NCBI GenBank assembly: GCA_001244265.2
Contig: CDLV01000009.1
Coordinates: 1,550,001-1,614,000 of the forward strand
Source: Microbotryum violaceum
Lineage: Eukaryota
Length of the DNA stretch: 64,000 nt
Direction: 5' to 3'
Shown: in pieces, positions 62,169-64,000 of the stretch
Position numbering within the stretch: the stretch's first letter is position 1
How the letters are laid out: each line of letters starts with the position of its first letter
Notes under the pieces: generated by a model
What the model was told of the DNA's origin: nothing
What the model saw: only the letters and a program-made list of their open reading frames with translations
Databases searched by the model: none
Made by a program: the position numbers and the translations under genes

Positions 62169-64000
62169 AGATAGCGTTTCCCGGTCAAGGACGGAGTGGG
62201 AAACGACAGGACATCGCTGTGCACGAGACCAAGTCTCTCGGGGGAATGCGACTCAGAGTCGGGAAAAGGAAGACGATGGCCTTTGGAACCAAGGCAAGCA
62301 TTGCAAACAAACTCTTCTACGTCTTTGTCACTGTACCCGGCCCCAAACCCGTCCAGCAAACCCGCAGCGATCATCTTCTGTATAGAGGATGGAGCAAGGT
62401 GGCCAAGGCAGCGGTGGAGGGTAAGTAGGGCACGGTAGACTCAGAGCGTGAGAGAAAGGCAAGCTGCTGACATTTGGTGTGGTCCGCATCCAGGAGGTAG
62501 AGACCGTCGTTAACCCGTGTACCGTGAGCGATGGCCTGGCCGTCCTTGGTGATGTCGATGCTGTTGCTGGTGAAGGCAAGCCGAACGCGGTCGGTGTCAC
62601 AAAGGCGAGAGACGGAGAGAAGGTTGACGTGAAGGCCCGGCGCGTGCAGAACGCCGCGCAACGTGATCGGGTGTCCGGTGTTGGCAACAAACGGTACATC
62701 CCCCATGCCAATGGCCGTGATACCGCCGGCAATGCCGCCAATCCTGGTGTGCGCCCTCTGACGATAAGTCGTGAACAGCGAGCGATCGGCGACCATGTGT
62801 GTCGTGGCGCCCAAGTCGACGACGAAGGCGTCGGTCGGGAGATGGCGGCGAGCGAGCAGGCAGGAGGCGAAATAGCCGACATTCGGTTGTTGAGCCGCCG
62901 ATGAGGGTGTGTTGTCCTGGTTGTCGTCGCCGGTTCGTTTTTGGTCGCCTCGCGGTTTGCAGTCGAGGGCCCAGTGACCCTTCTTGTGGCAGCGACGGCA
63001 GGGGCCGGTGGGGGGTGTTGAGCGCGTGAGGTGCAGTCACGAAGGCGGTGACCGGGGGCACGGCAGGCGGGGCATGGGGAGGCGGTAGCGAGCATGGCCG
63101 AGTGCGAGGTGGAGTGTCCCGCCAAACGAAGTTGGACGCGAATGTGGTCGGTCAGCGTCGTCAGCTCGGGAAGGTCGCGTTGGTTGCGTTGCTCGTCCGT
63201 GAGCGTGAGTCGGAAGCTGTCGAGGCACGATGGGACCATGGCAAGCACGTGAGTGGCGAGTACGTCATTGAGCGAAGTTTTGGCGTCGCGAATTTCTTGT
63301 ACGATGGACATGTACTCGCGCAGCCAGGTGTCGTATGCCTCGACGGAGGCAGGCATCTTCCTGAAATCCCAAAGGCGGGCAAACAACTCGAGGGTGCGGG
63401 TAGCATCGTCCGGTGCAAAGCGAGCCTTGAGAGCGGTGAAGATGCGCGGTGCTGAGAGATCGTCACTGGGAATGGCGTCGAGCGTGGCCGAGACGTCCGC
63501 GGAGTCGATAGAGCCAACAATGAGTTCCCGGGCGGCGTCGTCACGGGCGGCAAGCTGATCGGCCGTCCAAGTAGCGGGAACAACACCTTCGAGGACGTAA
63601 GCACGGACTTGATTTGGGAGCGCAAGACGGAGTTGACGCAACCAGTTGGTGAACGATTTGGGACCGTCGGGCGAGCGTGTTTGGGAAACACGACTTTGGC
63701 TGAGGTAGCGGCGTTGGTCTGCGTGGCGGGGGCGGCCGGAAGTGCGGGGCAGCGGTGGCGGGAGACTGCGAGGCCTGCAGGGCAGCGAGCTGTGCCTGTA
63801 GAGTTGCAATTTGTGCGGCTATCGAGGATTCAGGGGGGCTGGGAGAATCCTTGGGGGCGAGGGCGGTGCGGGAGCGGGAGAGTTGCCCATGGTGCAAATG
63901 GATGTGTGCGGTCGAGTGGCTAAGCTCGAGGAAAAACGCAAGGCGGCGAGGCTGGTAGCTCGTGGGCTGATAACCTATTCGATCAACTCTACTACGTCAG

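Larger units (their letters stand above)
55375..64000 (-). mobile_element. Copia family B copy 3 (3' LTR 55375-55647; 5' LTR from 63976 runs off the window), carrying two nested insertions
   Basis: PBS at 63964-63975; gag-PR 63890-62170; IN pieces 58837-58314 and 57930 downward; RT/RNase H 57300-55660. Confidence 0.95.

Overview
This is eukaryotic genomic DNA from an intron-rich fungus. Gene and transposon content suggest a basidiomycete, probably Pucciniomycotina such as a Microbotryum-like smut; this is inferred, not proven. Positions 0.5-36 kb hold eight spliced host genes: an Ssk2/Wis4-type MAPKKK, a Kch-family K+ transporter, calcineurin B, an SLC25 carrier, a TMEM135-like protein, a CobW/Zng1 GTPase, Rrp15 and CCT-alpha. 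A DNA-transposon island at about 13-25 kb interrupts them. It contains two head-to-tail Helitrons, a TIR MITE, a 6.6-kb element with a 9-bp TSD that looks like AcademH (RecQ-like helicase, convergent transposase remnant and a Ulp1-like protease passenger) and a hAT MITE; a second non-autonomous hAT element lies at 30.3-31.5 kb. From about 36.4 kb to the end there is only nested TE sequence: an L1/Tx1-like LINE, a gag-only LTR element and three Copia families (A, B, C) inserted into each other. Most notable: (1) a 129-nt, apparently structured segment conserved across two Copia families in the IN-RT linker; (2) TG...TA LTRs with a recurrent 'LTR end + 14-nt GGTATG spacer + duplicated LTR end' architecture; (3) a GT-AG intron present in one LTR and precisely absent from its partner; (4) the AcademH/Ulp1 composite; (5) a degenerate EF-hand 4 in calcineurin B. 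All calls come from reading the sequence by eye; no database searches were run.
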